Of a DNA stretch of 64,000 nucleotides, positions 12,675-21,950 are shown piece after piece; the first letter of the stretch is position 1; the number at the start of each line of letters is the position of its first letter. The notes below the pieces were generated by a model. That model was given only the letters and a program-made list of their open reading frames with translations. It was not told where the DNA came from and made no database searches. The position numbers and the translations under genes were made by a program. This DNA comes from Rhizomicrobium sp. (GTDB taxonomy: Bacteria; Pseudomonadota; Alphaproteobacteria; Micropepsales; Micropepsaceae): assembly GCA_036267165.1 (NCBI GenBank), contig DATAWO010000119.1, forward strand, positions 29,584 through 93,583. The letters run 5' to 3'.

Positions 12675-13128
12675 AGCCAATATTCATGCCAGTTGCGTGG
12701 CGGTCGGCGGGCGCGGCGTGCTGCTCCTGGGCAAAAGCGCCGCGGGAAAATCGGACTTGGCGCTCAGGCTGATCGACCAGGGCGCGGTACTGGTGACCGA
12801 TGACCGCGCCATTCTCTTTGTGGAAAAGGGCGCGCTCCATGCGTGCGCGCCATCAAGCATCAAGGGCCTGCTGGAGGTCCGCGGGCTTGGCATTGTCAAG
12901 TTTCCTGTACGCGCAAAAGTGAGGATTTCGCTGGCCGTGCGGCTGGGCCGGGAAGGCGCGCGCCTGCCCGTGCAGCGCTTCTACCGGCCGCCGGCGCCGC
13001 TGGCGCCGCAAGTCCCAGTGCCGGAAATCCTGCTGGATGGCCGGTTCGCCGCCACACCCGCCAAAATCCGCTTTGCCTTGGCGGCTTTTTCACGGGGCTT
13101 GTTTCGCGATACTTTTATCACCAAATAG
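12667..13128 (+). CDS. hprK: HPr kinase/phosphorylase (short alphaproteobacterial form)
   Basis: IHASCVAV..RGVLLLGKSAAGKSDLALRLID, DD, GLLEVRGLGIV; synteny with chvG and PTS genes. Confidence 0.9.
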   Translation: MPEANIHASCVAVGGRGVLLLGKSAAGKSDLALRLIDQGAVLVTDDRAILFVEKGALHACAPSSIKGLLEVRGLGIVKFPVRAKVRISLAVRLGREGARLPVQRFYRPPAPLAPQVPVPEILLDGRFAATPAKIRFALAAFSRGLFRDTFITK

Positions 13129-13218
13129 ACTTAAGCAGGGAAGCGGTAGGCTCATCAAAAAAAGCCCCTTCCCACCCGGCGCGCTTTTGATACTGTCCGC
13201 GCCGTCGAAGGAACCTTC

Positions 13219-13614
13219 ATGATTGGCCTCGTTCTTGTAACCCACGGCCGCCTGGCCCAGGAATTCATTTCCGCGATGGAGCATATGGTGGGTCCGCAGA
13301 CCCATCTGCGCGCCATCTGCATCGGACCCGAGGACGATATCGAGCGCCGCCAGCGCGAGATCGCCGCCGCCGCCAAATCGGTGGATGTGGGGCGTGGCGT
13401 GATCATCGCCACCGACATGTTCGGCGGCACCCCCTGCAACCTGGCGCTGACCCTGCTGGAACGCGGCAAGATCGAAGTGCTGGCCGGCGCCAACCTGCCC
13501 AGCCTGATCAAGCTGATCGACATCCGCGCCAAGGTGCCGCTGGAACAGGCGGTGAAGGAAGCCATCGAAGCGGGCCGCAAATACATGCGCGCGGGCAGCG
13601 CGGACCTTGCCTAG
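13219..13614 (+). CDS. manX: PTS EIIA component, mannose family
   Basis: MIGLVLVTHGRLA, TDMFGGTPCN, GANLPSLIKL. Confidence 0.92.
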   Translation: MIGLVLVTHGRLAQEFISAMEHMVGPQTHLRAICIGPEDDIERRQREIAAAAKSVDVGRGVIIATDMFGGTPCNLALTLLERGKIEVLAGANLPSLIKLIDIRAKVPLEQAVKEAIEAGRKYMRAGSADLA

Positions 13615-13630
13615 AGAAGATTGGGCGTAA

Positions 13631-13906
13631 ATGGCCGAAAAGCTTTCTGCCCGGGTGATCATTCCCAACAAGCGCGGCCTGCATGCCCGCGCCAGCGCCA
13701 AGATCGTGGAAGCCTCGGCGCGCTTCAAGTCCGACATTCACGTCATCAAGGACGGCACCGCGGTCAACGGCCGCTCGATCATGGGACTGATGATGCTGGC
13801 GGCTTCCATCGGCTCGGAAGTGGAGATCACCGCCGAAGGCCCTGATCAGGACGACGCGATGAAGGCCATTCTCGCCTTGGTTGAGGTAAAGTTCGGGGAG
13901 GAGTGA
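13631..13906 (+). CDS. ptsH: HPr/NPr phosphocarrier protein
   Basis: NKRGLHARASAK (His15 equivalent) and SIMGLMMLAA (Ser46 equivalent). Confidence 0.93.
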   Translation: MAEKLSARVIIPNKRGLHARASAKIVEASARFKSDIHVIKDGTAVNGRSIMGLMMLAASIGSEVEITAEGPDQDDAMKAILALVEVKFGEE

Positions 13907-14027
13907 TTTGCCGCGATCCTGTCGCGGCAAATCACGCCAAGCGCGGGCGCGGCGGCCTAGCGACAGCGTAGGGCCGCGCGACTTGAGCCCGCGCGCGGCG
14001 GGACGTTGTGAACGGCAGAAAGCCTGA

Positions 14028-14855
14028 ATGACCCTGCCCATCGCCACCATCGTCCTCTTCGCCGCGCTTTTGCACGCTTCCTGGAACGCGCTGCTGAAAG
14101 GCGGCAGCGACAGGCTCTGGTCCATGACGATCATGGGCATCGCCACCAGCATCGCCTGCGCCGTCCTTCTGCCTTTCCTGCCACTGCCGCACCGCGCCAG
14201 CTGGCCCTGCCTGGTCGGCTCCGCACTGCTGCATGTCGGCTACAACATCTTCCTGATCCGCGCCTATCGCAGCGGCGAGTTCGGATCGGCCTATCCGATC
14301 GCGCGCGGCTCCTCGCCTTTGCTGGTCACCCTGGGCGCCGCCGCGGCAGCGGCTGAAGAGCCTTCCCCGTCAGGCATCGCCGGCATCATCCTGGTCAGCG
14401 GTGGCATCATCTCTCTGGCGTTTCGCGGACGGCGGCTGCCGGAAGCAGGCATCTTCTATGCCCTGGGCACCGGCGTCTTCATCGCCGCCTACAGTGTCAC
14501 CGACGGCATCGGCGGGCGGCTGTCCGGCAATCCCGCCGCTTACACATTGTGGCTATGCCTGTTATGGGGCCTCACGGCGGCGCCGGTCTATTGGCTGCGC
14601 CGGCGCGATAGCCGCCTGTGGCGCGGCGCCCGCGCCACCAGCCTCGCGGCCCTGGGCGGCGTGGTCTCGCTCCTGGCTTACGGCATCGTCATCTTCGCCA
14701 TGACCCGCGCCCCCATGGGTTCGGTATCGGCCCTGCGGGAAACCAGCGTATTGTTCGCGGTCCTGCTGGGGCGGCTGTTTTTTGCTGAACCCCTGACCTT
14801 GCGGCGGATAGTATCGGCGCTGGTGATCGCCGCGGGAGTGCTATGCCTGGAATGA
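14028..14855 (+). CDS. DMT/EamA family transporter
   Basis: AALLHASWNALLK, AYPIARG, VSALRETSV. Confidence 0.9.
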   Translation: MTLPIATIVLFAALLHASWNALLKGGSDRLWSMTIMGIATSIACAVLLPFLPLPHRASWPCLVGSALLHVGYNIFLIRAYRSGEFGSAYPIARGSSPLLVTLGAAAAAAEEPSPSGIAGIILVSGGIISLAFRGRRLPEAGIFYALGTGVFIAAYSVTDGIGGRLSGNPAAYTLWLCLLWGLTAAPVYWLRRRDSRLWRGARATSLAALGGVVSLLAYGIVIFAMTRAPMGSVSALRETSVLFAVLLGRLFFAEPLTLRRIVSALVIAAGVLCLE

Positions 14856-15754
14856 GAAACGCGATCCGGGCCCTGCTCCTGCTGGCGGTGCTGGCGGCCG
14901 CGCCTGTGCCGGCGCTCGCCCAGGCGCAGCCATCGCTGCCGCCTTTCCAGGCCTTTCCCTCGCTCTGGCACATCAAGAGCGACCAGGGCGAAGTTTATCT
15001 GCTGGGCGCGGTCCATGTCCTGCCGTCCAATGTGCGCTGGCGCACGCCGCAGATCCTGCGCGCGGTGTCGCGCAGCGATGTCTTCGCCTTTGAAGTGCCG
15101 GAAGACGCGCAATCGGTGCGGGAACTGCAGGGCCTGATCCAGGCCAATGGTTATCTGCCGCCAGGCCAAAATCTGAGGGACGAACTGCATCCCGCCGCAC
15201 TCGCCGATTATGATGCGGCGGTGGCGGCCTCCGGCCTGCCGCCGGAGGGCGTGGACCATGAGCGGCCCTGGCTTGCCGGCATCCAGCTGATGTTCGCCCA
15301 GATGCGCAAACTGAATTACGCCGCCAGCAATGGCGTGGATTCCACCCTGATGGAAGACGCCGCCAGGAACCACAAGGAAATGCGCTATTTCGAAACCATC
15401 CCCGAACAGTTCGCCTTGCTGGCGCCCGACGATGCGAAACTGGAACTGGAGGAATTCGAATCCGGCCTCAAGGATCTGCGCGACCTGGGCGGCGACGTGC
15501 AGCCCATGATCAAGGCATGGGGCGACGGCGACCAGGCCAAGCTCGACGAACTGATCAACGGCGATTTGAACGAATTCCCCGAGGCCCGCAAAAGCCTGCT
15601 GGACGACCGCAACAAACGCTGGGTGCCCAAGATCGAGGCCATGCTCAAGGAAAAGCATGTCTTCTTCATCACCGTGGGCGCGGGTCACCTGACCGGGGCC
15701 ACCGGGGTGCCGGCGCTGTTGCGGGCGGATGGGTATAAGGTGGACGGGCCTTAA
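14852..15754 (+). CDS. TraB/GumN (TIKI) family secreted protein
   Basis: Signal peptide; YLLGAVHVLP, GVD, RNKRW, VGAGHL; ATGA overlap with the EamA stop codon. Confidence 0.88.
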   Translation: MRNAIRALLLLAVLAAAPVPALAQAQPSLPPFQAFPSLWHIKSDQGEVYLLGAVHVLPSNVRWRTPQILRAVSRSDVFAFEVPEDAQSVRELQGLIQANGYLPPGQNLRDELHPAALADYDAAVAASGLPPEGVDHERPWLAGIQLMFAQMRKLNYAASNGVDSTLMEDAARNHKEMRYFETIPEQFALLAPDDAKLELEEFESGLKDLRDLGGDVQPMIKAWGDGDQAKLDELINGDLNEFPEARKSLLDDRNKRWVPKIEAMLKEKHVFFITVGAGHLTGATGVPALLRADGYKVDGP

Positions 15755-15855
15755 AGCCCGGTCTTGACGCCCCGCGTTAACCAAGACATTTACAATTTTA
15801 TCTATCGCCTTTGCGCCGTCTTAAAGCGGGATGCGGCATGGTTCCCGCCAAACGG

Positions 15856-16815
15856 ATGGGACAGATGCGCACACAATTCCGGAATTGGCTGTTCAGGCTG
15901 GCCCTGTTGTTCGTGACGGTGGCCCCCGCCTTAGCGGAAGACGCCAAGGACAAGACCGATCCGCCGGTGCATGCGACGCCGGCGATGTGGGTGGTCCACG
16001 GTCCCAAAGGCACCGCCTATTTGCTGGGCTCATTTCACGCCCTGCCCAAGAATGTCGAATGGCAGACGCCTCCCATCAAAGCCGCCATCAAGCGCGCCGA
16101 CACCTTTGTATTCGAAATCCAGATGTCCCATGAAAACTTGGTCCATACGGGACTTCTGATGGCCGTCAACAAATATCTGCCACCCGATGTTTCGCTGCCG
16201 ACCTATTTCGACGAGGAAATGCGCAATGAATTCCGCGCCGCCGTCGAACATACCCAGATCGACCCGGAAGGACTGGTGGTCCTGCGGCCCTGGTACGCGG
16301 CCGAGGAGCTGGAAGATGCGATGAGCGGCAAGCTCACGCTCCATACCGAGGAAGGGGTGGACAACAAGGTCTACGCCATGGCCCAGGCGCGCGGCATTCA
16401 TGACGTGCGCGCTCTGGAGACACCCGAACTTGCGCTACATGCCTTGAAGCGCGACGCCACCACCAAGAATGAATTGAATATACTGCGTGCCGCGATGAAG
16501 CATGCCGCCAACAAGCCCATGTTACCCGGCAAGAAAATGCTGGAGGCATGGGAAGCCGGTGATACAGCCATGATATTGGCAATGAATGCCGCGTCTCAGC
16601 CGCCGGCAGAATTCAAGGCGATATTGGAAGACCGCAACCGCAACTGGCTGCCCAAGATCGAGAAGATGCTGACCGAAAAGCGCACCTTCTTGATCACCGT
16701 GGGCGCGGCCCATCTGGCGGGACCGAACGGCGTGCCCAACCTGCTGCGGCAGGCCGGCTACAAGGTGGACGGGCCCGATCTCAAGCCTGACCTGAAGCCG
16801 GACGTGAAGTCCTAG
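15856..16815 (+). CDS. TraB/GumN (TIKI) family secreted protein (second paralogue)
   Basis: Signal peptide; YLLGSFHALP, GVD, RNRNW, VGAAHL; start uncertain (15856 or 15865). Confidence 0.87.
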   Translation: MGQMRTQFRNWLFRLALLFVTVAPALAEDAKDKTDPPVHATPAMWVVHGPKGTAYLLGSFHALPKNVEWQTPPIKAAIKRADTFVFEIQMSHENLVHTGLLMAVNKYLPPDVSLPTYFDEEMRNEFRAAVEHTQIDPEGLVVLRPWYAAEELEDAMSGKLTLHTEEGVDNKVYAMAQARGIHDVRALETPELALHALKRDATTKNELNILRAAMKHAANKPMLPGKKMLEAWEAGDTAMILAMNAASQPPAEFKAILEDRNRNWLPKIEKMLTEKRTFLITVGAAHLAGPNGVPNLLRQAGYKVDGPDLKPDLKPDVKS

Positions 16816-17009
16816 GCCCCGGCGCGGATCGTGAAATAGACCACATAGACCAGCATGGCCCAGTCCGGTTTCCGGCCGGCTGACCGGGCAGGAAACCGCC
16901 CAGTTTCCGGCCATCGCATCACCATATGCAGATTTCTTTATATGTTCCTTGCCCTGCCCCGGCCCGGCTGCTATAGGCGGGGCCCAAGAAACCAAGGGAT
17001 TTTCCGTTC

Positions 17010-18431
17010 ATGTCCGCCGCCCCCGCCAGCACCTTCAGCGATTACATCGTCAAAGACATCAGCCTGGCCGACTGGGGCCGCAAGGAACTGAACATCGCCG
17101 AGATCGAGATGCCCGGCCTGATGGCGACCCGCGCCGAATATGGCCCCAGCCAGCCGCTCAAGGGCGCGCGCATCGCCGGCTCGCTGCACATGACCATCCA
17201 GACCGCGGTCCTGATCGAGACCCTGAAGGCGCTGGGCGCCGACATCCGCTGGGTGTCGTGCAACATCTATTCGACCCAGGATCATGCCGCCGCCGCCATC
17301 GCCGCCGCCGGCATTCCGGTGTTTGCGGTCAAGGGCGAGAGCCTGAAGGATTATTGGGATTACACCGCCAAACTGTTCGAATGGCATGGCGGCGGCTACC
17401 CCAACATGATCCTGGATGACGGCGGCGACGCCACCATGCTGGTCCATGCCGGCCTGCGCGCCGAGAAGGGCGACACCGCCTTCCTCGACAAGCCGGAGAA
17501 TGAGGAAGAAGAGGTCTTCTACGCCCTGATCAAGCGGCTGCTGAAGAAAAAGCCCAAGGGCTGGTTCGCCGAAATCGCCGCCGGCATCAAGGGCGTGTCG
17601 GAAGAGACCACCACCGGCGTGCACCGGCTCTACATCATGGCCAAGGAAGGCAAGCTGCTGTTCCCCGCTATCAATGTGAATGACAGCGTCACCAAATCCA
17701 AGTTCGACAATCTCTATGGCTGCAAGGAATCACTGGTGGACGGCATCCGCCGCGGCACCGACGTGATGATGGCCGGCAAGGTCGCCATGGTCGCGGGCTT
17801 CGGCGATGTCGGCAAGGGTTCGGCCGCGTCGCTGCGCCAGGCCGGCTGCCGCGTGATGATCTCGGAAATCGACCCGATCTGCGCCCTGCAGGCCGCCATG
17901 GAAGGCTATGAGGTCGTCACCATGGAAGATGCCGCGCCCAGGGCCGACATTTTCGTCACAGCCACCGGCAATGTCGATGTGATCACGGTGGAGCACATGC
18001 GCGCCATGAAGGACCGCGCCATCGTCTGCAACATCGGCCACTTCGACAGCGAGATCCAGGTCAACGCCACCCGCAATTTCAAGTGGCACAACATCAAGCC
18101 GCAGGTGGACGAGATCGAGTTCCCCGACGGCAAGCGCATCATCCTTCTGTCGGAAGGCCGGCTGGTGAACCTGGGCAATGCCATGGGCCATCCCAGTTTC
18201 GTGATGTCGGCCAGCTTCACCAACCAGACGTTGGCGCAGATCGAGCTCTTCACCAATCCGGGCAAGTACGAGAAGAAGGTCTATGTCCTGCCCAAGGCGC
18301 TGGACGAGAAAGTCGCCCGTCTGCACCTGGCCAAGATCGGCGCCAAGCTCACCGAGATGAACAAGAAGCAGGCCGATTACATCTCGCTTCCCGTGGCGGG
18401 TCCTTACAAGCCGGATACGTATCGGTACTGA
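17010..18431 (+). CDS. ahcY: Adenosylhomocysteinase
   Basis: [49 protein letters not shown]. Confidence 0.99.
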   Translation: MSAAPASTFSDYIVKDISLADWGRKELNIAEIEMPGLMATRAEYGPSQPLKGARIAGSLHMTIQTAVLIETLKALGADIRWVSCNIYSTQDHAAAAIAAAGIPVFAVKGESLKDYWDYTAKLFEWHGGGYPNMILDDGGDATMLVHAGLRAEKGDTAFLDKPENEEEEVFYALIKRLLKKKPKGWFAEIAAGIKGVSEETTTGVHRLYIMAKEGKLLFPAINVNDSVTKSKFDNLYGCKESLVDGIRRGTDVMMAGKVAMVAGFGDVGKGSAASLRQAGCRVMISEIDPICALQAAMEGYEVVTMEDAAPRADIFVTATGNVDVITVEHMRAMKDRAIVCNIGHFDSEIQVNATRNFKWHNIKPQVDEIEFPDGKRIILLSEGRLVNLGNAMGHPSFVMSASFTNQTLAQIELFTNPGKYEKKVYVLPKALDEKVARLHLAKIGAKLTEMNKKQADYISLPVAGPYKPDTYRY

Positions 18432-18527
18432 TGTCGTTGGGACCCGCCTTGTTCAAGGGCGGCTCCCTCGCCGGGGGGCCCTGCAAGCTGGACACCTAAC
18501 GCCACTAGAGCCTGCTGCATTTGCGGG

Positions 18528-18563
18528 AAGAGCGCGCTGTCCGTCCGGACGGCGCGCTTTTTT
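18528..18563 (+). terminator. Intrinsic terminator downstream of ahcY
   Basis: AAGAGCGCGCTGTCC-gtcc-GGACGGCGCGC-TTTTTT. Confidence 0.75.
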
Positions 18564-18630
18564 CATATTGGTTAAAAATTTCTTGCCGCCGGCGAGCCGA
18601 CGCCAGTGGGACTGTCACAATGGCGGGCGC

Positions 18631-18778
18631 GATTCTAATTCCCTGAATTGACTCGAAATTTTTCCACAACCCTCAACATGTGGGGCTGTGGGCCGCATCT
18701 CGGCTTTAGCAAATTATTAACCACAATCCCTAGGCGGACTCGCTCGTCGCAGCTATCTTGTTGATTCCAAAGTGATTC
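18631..18778 (+). promoter_or_regulatory. divL upstream region with five GANTC (CcrM) sites and a near-consensus CtrA box
   Basis: GANTC at 18631, 18650, 18737, 18763 and 18774; TTAG-N7-TTAACC at 18706-18722. Confidence 0.55.
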
Positions 18779-18814
18779 GCCTCAAAAGGCGAAAGGTTAA
18801 TGAGGGCTGGAGGC

Positions 18815-21271
18815 ATGCGTCCCAATTTGGGACATGGGGGGAAGGTCGGAGGGACCCGCAGGCTTAACGGCCTGCTTACGGCCCTGCTGCTAGCCTTTCT
18901 GCCTGTTCCTGCTCTGGCGGCAATGCCCGACGCCCTGATGACCAGCTTGGCACTTCAGAACGGCAATGTGGTGGTCCTTTCGGCCCTGGCCTGCGGCGGC
19001 GTGGCTTTGGCGATCGCGGCTGGCCTTTGGGCGCTGGCGGAACAGCGCGCCGCGCGGCGCCTGCGCAAATCCCTTCGCAATGTCGGCGCCAAGACCAAGG
19101 CGGCCCTGGGCGAGCGCGACGCGCTTTTGGGCGCCAGCCGCGAAGCGCTGGTGGTGTGGGGACGGGATGGCTCGGGGCCCTTCTCCTATAGCGGCGGCGA
19201 GGAACTTTTGCAGTCCTGCCTCAAGGGCGCCAACGCGCTCGCGCTCTCGGGCGCGATAGACGGCCTGTCAGATCGGGGCGCGGGCTTTTCACTGGCCGTG
19301 CAGGACCATCGGGGCCGCCGGCTCGTGGCGCGCGGCCGCGCGGTGGGCAGCATGGCGGCGGTCTGGATGGAAGAACCGCAAGTTCCGGTGGAACAGGGCG
19401 CCGACTACAAGGCGATCCTGGATGCGTTGCCCATTCCGGTCTGGCTGCGCGACAAGGGCCTGGCGCTGAGTTGGGGCAATCACGCCTTCCTCAAGGGCGC
19501 GGGCGCGGCCGATCTGGAAACGGCGCGGCGCGAACAGGTGGCGCTGGACAAGGGCGAGCGCGAACTGGCCCAGGCCGCGCGTGCCGCCAACGCCCCCCAG
19601 CAGTCCAAGCGCTTTTCGGTGGTGGGCGGCCAGCGCCGCGCCATCAATTTCACCCAGATCCCGCTGGGCGATGCGGGCGTGATCGGGGCCGCGGTGGATG
19701 TGACCGACACCGCCGCGGCGGAAGCCCGGCTGCAGCAGCATGCCGACGCCCATGCCGACACGCTGGACCGCTTGCAGACCGCGGTGGCGATCTTCGGCCG
19801 CGACCAGAAGCTCTCTTTCTACAACAAGGCCTTCGTCAAGCTGTGGGGCCTGCCCGAGACATTTCTCGACAAGCATCCCAGCGACGGGGAAATCCTCGAC
19901 CGGCTGCGCGAGACCCGCAAGCTGCCGGAACAACGCGACTATCAAGGCTGGAAGCGCGCGCGCCTGGCGCTGTATCAGGACGGCGCGCGCGAAAAGCCCA
20001 GCGAGGAGCCCTGGTATCTGCCGGGTGGCCAGACCATCCGGGTGGTGACCCAGCCGCATCCCTTTGGCGGGCTGACATTCCTCTATGAAGACGTCACCGC
20101 GCGGCTGACCCTGGAAAGCGACTACAACACCCTGATCAAGGTGCAGTCCGCGACCCTGGACACGCTGAGCGAGGGCGTCGCGGTGTTCGGCCCCGACGGC
20201 AAGCTCAAGCTGCACAATGCCGCCTTCGCCCGCATCTGGGAATTCGATTCCCGGGACCTGGAAGATGAGCCGCACTTGCGCTCCATCGCCGCCCTTTCGC
20301 GCGACCGCTTCGGCGAAAGCCATGTCTGGGACCAGCTGATCCAGGCGATTGTCGCGGGCGTCGGCGCACGCGACATGGGCGATGTGGAGCGCTCCGACCG
20401 TTCGGTCCTGTCGCTCTCCACCTCGCCCTTGCCGGATGGCGCCACGCTGGTCACCTTCAACGACGTCACCGACCGTTTCCGCATCGAAAATGCGCTGCGC
20501 GACCGCAACGAGGGACTGGAAGCGGCCGACCGCCTCAAGTCCGACTTCATCAAGCATGTTTCGTATGAGCTGCGCACGCCCCTCAACACCATCCTGGGCT
20601 TTTCCGAGCATCTGGCCAGCGGCGTGCCGGGGCCGCTGAACCCGCAGCAGGAAGAATATATCCAGGCCATCGTGTCGGGCGGCAACACGCTCAAGAACCT
20701 GGTCAACGACATTCTCGACCTGGCGCTGGTGGAATCCGGCGCACTCCGACTGGAACTGGAGCGCATCGACCTGAACGCGCTGGTCGGCGATATCGCCACC
20801 CATGCCCGCGAATGGGCCGCCAAGATGGGGCTTACACTGGAGGTGAATGTGCCGCCCAAGGCCGGCATCTTCCTCGCCGATACCCGGCGGCTGCGCCAGA
20901 TCGTGTTCAACCTTCTGTCCAACGCCTTCAAATACACGCCGCGCGGCGGCACCATCACCCTGTCCGCCAAGATCCTGGGCGAGGATGTGCAGATCGCCGT
21001 GGCCGACAACGGCCCGGGCCTGCCGGCGGAGGTGAAGGCCACCGTATTCGAACGCTTCTCGGCCAAGAGCAATGCGGGCGCCCGCGCCGGCGCCGGCCTG
21101 GGGCTTGCGCTGGTCAACCGCTTCCTGGAACTGCACGACGGCTGGGTGGAGATCGAGAGCGGCCAGGGAATGCATCAAGGCACGCTGGTGCGCTGCCACC
21201 TGCCCCGCCGCATCCATGACGACGAGCCTTATCCGGAACAATCCAGCGACCGCCGGACGGCCTATCTGTAA
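18815..21271 (+). CDS. divL: PAS-domain histidine-kinase-like protein DivL (Tyr in place of the phospho-His)
   Basis: Multiple PAS domains; H-box reads VSYELRTPL; HATPase domain; position ahcY-divL-(tsaE). An alternative start lies at 18800. Confidence 0.88.
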   Translation: MRPNLGHGGKVGGTRRLNGLLTALLLAFLPVPALAAMPDALMTSLALQNGNVVVLSALACGGVALAIAAGLWALAEQRAARRLRKSLRNVGAKTKAALGERDALLGASREALVVWGRDGSGPFSYSGGEELLQSCLKGANALALSGAIDGLSDRGAGFSLAVQDHRGRRLVARGRAVGSMAAVWMEEPQVPVEQGADYKAILDALPIPVWLRDKGLALSWGNHAFLKGAGAADLETARREQVALDKGERELAQAARAANAPQQSKRFSVVGGQRRAINFTQIPLGDAGVIGAAVDVTDTAAAEARLQQHADAHADTLDRLQTAVAIFGRDQKLSFYNKAFVKLWGLPETFLDKHPSDGEILDRLRETRKLPEQRDYQGWKRARLALYQDGAREKPSEEPWYLPGGQTIRVVTQPHPFGGLTFLYEDVTARLTLESDYNTLIKVQSATLDTLSEGVAVFGPDGKLKLHNAAFARIWEFDSRDLEDEPHLRSIAALSRDRFGESHVWDQLIQAIVAGVGARDMGDVERSDRSVLSLSTSPLPDGATLVTFNDVTDRFRIENALRDRNEGLEAADRLKSDFIKHVSYELRTPLNTILGFSEHLASGVPGPLNPQQEEYIQAIVSGGNTLKNLVNDILDLALVESGALRLELERIDLNALVGDIATHAREWAAKMGLTLEVNVPPKAGIFLADTRRLRQIVFNLLSNAFKYTPRGGTITLSAKILGEDVQIAVADNGPGLPAEVKATVFERFSAKSNAGARAGAGLGLALVNRFLELHDGWVEIESGQGMHQGTLVRCHLPRRIHDDEPYPEQSSDRRTAYL

Positions 21272-21273
21272 AT

Positions 21274-21525
21274 TCAGCCGGTCGTGCTGGTGGATACCAC
21301 CGGCGAAGTGGTGACCGAAGTGGGACCGCTGCCGTTGCCGCTGGACACACCGGCCGCAATCGCCGCCGCCGCAACGGCCACGCCGATGATGATCATGGTC
21401 GTGCTGTCATCCCACATCTGCGCCTGACGGACGCCGGCCGGCTTGCCCGGCGCCAGCGGATCGGCCCAGGCGGCCTGAGCAAAGGTCAGACCGGCCGCGA
21501 CCATGGCGATGCAAAAGTTCCGCAT
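21274..21525 (-). CDS. Small secreted/membrane protein, PLAPGKPAGVRQAQ family (83 aa)
   Basis: GAGGG RBS; signal peptide ending AWA, conserved motif, hydrophobic helix, Ser/Thr/Gly tail; paralogue at 63663-63944. Confidence 0.75.
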   Translation of the reverse strand: MRNFCIAMVAAGLTFAQAAWADPLAPGKPAGVRQAQMWDDSTTMIIIGVAVAAAAIAAGVSSGNGSGPTSVTTSPVVSTSTTG

Positions 21526-21614
21526 ATTTCCCTCAAGAGAACATCCCGAAAGCCAAACCTGCGAAAGCCGGATTGGTTGCAGAAAAACTTGGTGCGCCGG
21601 CGTACCCCAGGGCG

Positions 21615-21950
21615 TCAGGCGTGCTGGGTCCTGGGCAGGTTGAGCACGATCCCGTCCAGCTCGCGGCCCATGCGCAGCTGGCAGGAGAGCCGGCTGTTGG
21701 GTTTCACGTCGGGCGCGAAATCCAGCATGGTCTCCTCCATCTCGCTTTTGGGGGGCAGCTTGGCCTCCCAGCCGGGCGCGACATAGATCTGGCAGGTGGC
21801 GCAGGCGCAGGCCCCGCCGCAATCCGCATCGATGCCGGGGATCAGGTGCTTCACCGCGCCTTCCATCAGCGACCAGCCTTCGGCCACCTCCACCGTATGG
21901 GCCTGGCCGGTGCTTTCAATGTAGGTGACCTTGTATTTCGGAAGGGACAT
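21615..21950 (-). CDS. 2Fe-2S ferredoxin (adrenodoxin/putidaredoxin type)
   Basis: CGGACACATC...SRLSCQ. Confidence 0.93.
   Translation of the reverse strand: MSLPKYKVTYIESTGQAHTVEVAEGWSLMEGAVKHLIPGIDADCGGACACATCQIYVAPGWEAKLPPKSEMEETMLDFAPDVKPNSRLSCQLRMGRELDGIVLNLPRTQHA

Noticed and set aside
16812-16919. 35-aa minus-strand ORF (…MLVYVVYFTIRAGA) or an SAH riboswitch upstream of ahcY
   Set aside because: No convincing RBS or homology for the ORF, and no SAH-riboswitch consensus visible.
20550-20600. Histidine kinase with Tyr replacing the phospho-His as a novelty
   Set aside because: VSYELRTPL is the established DivL signature.
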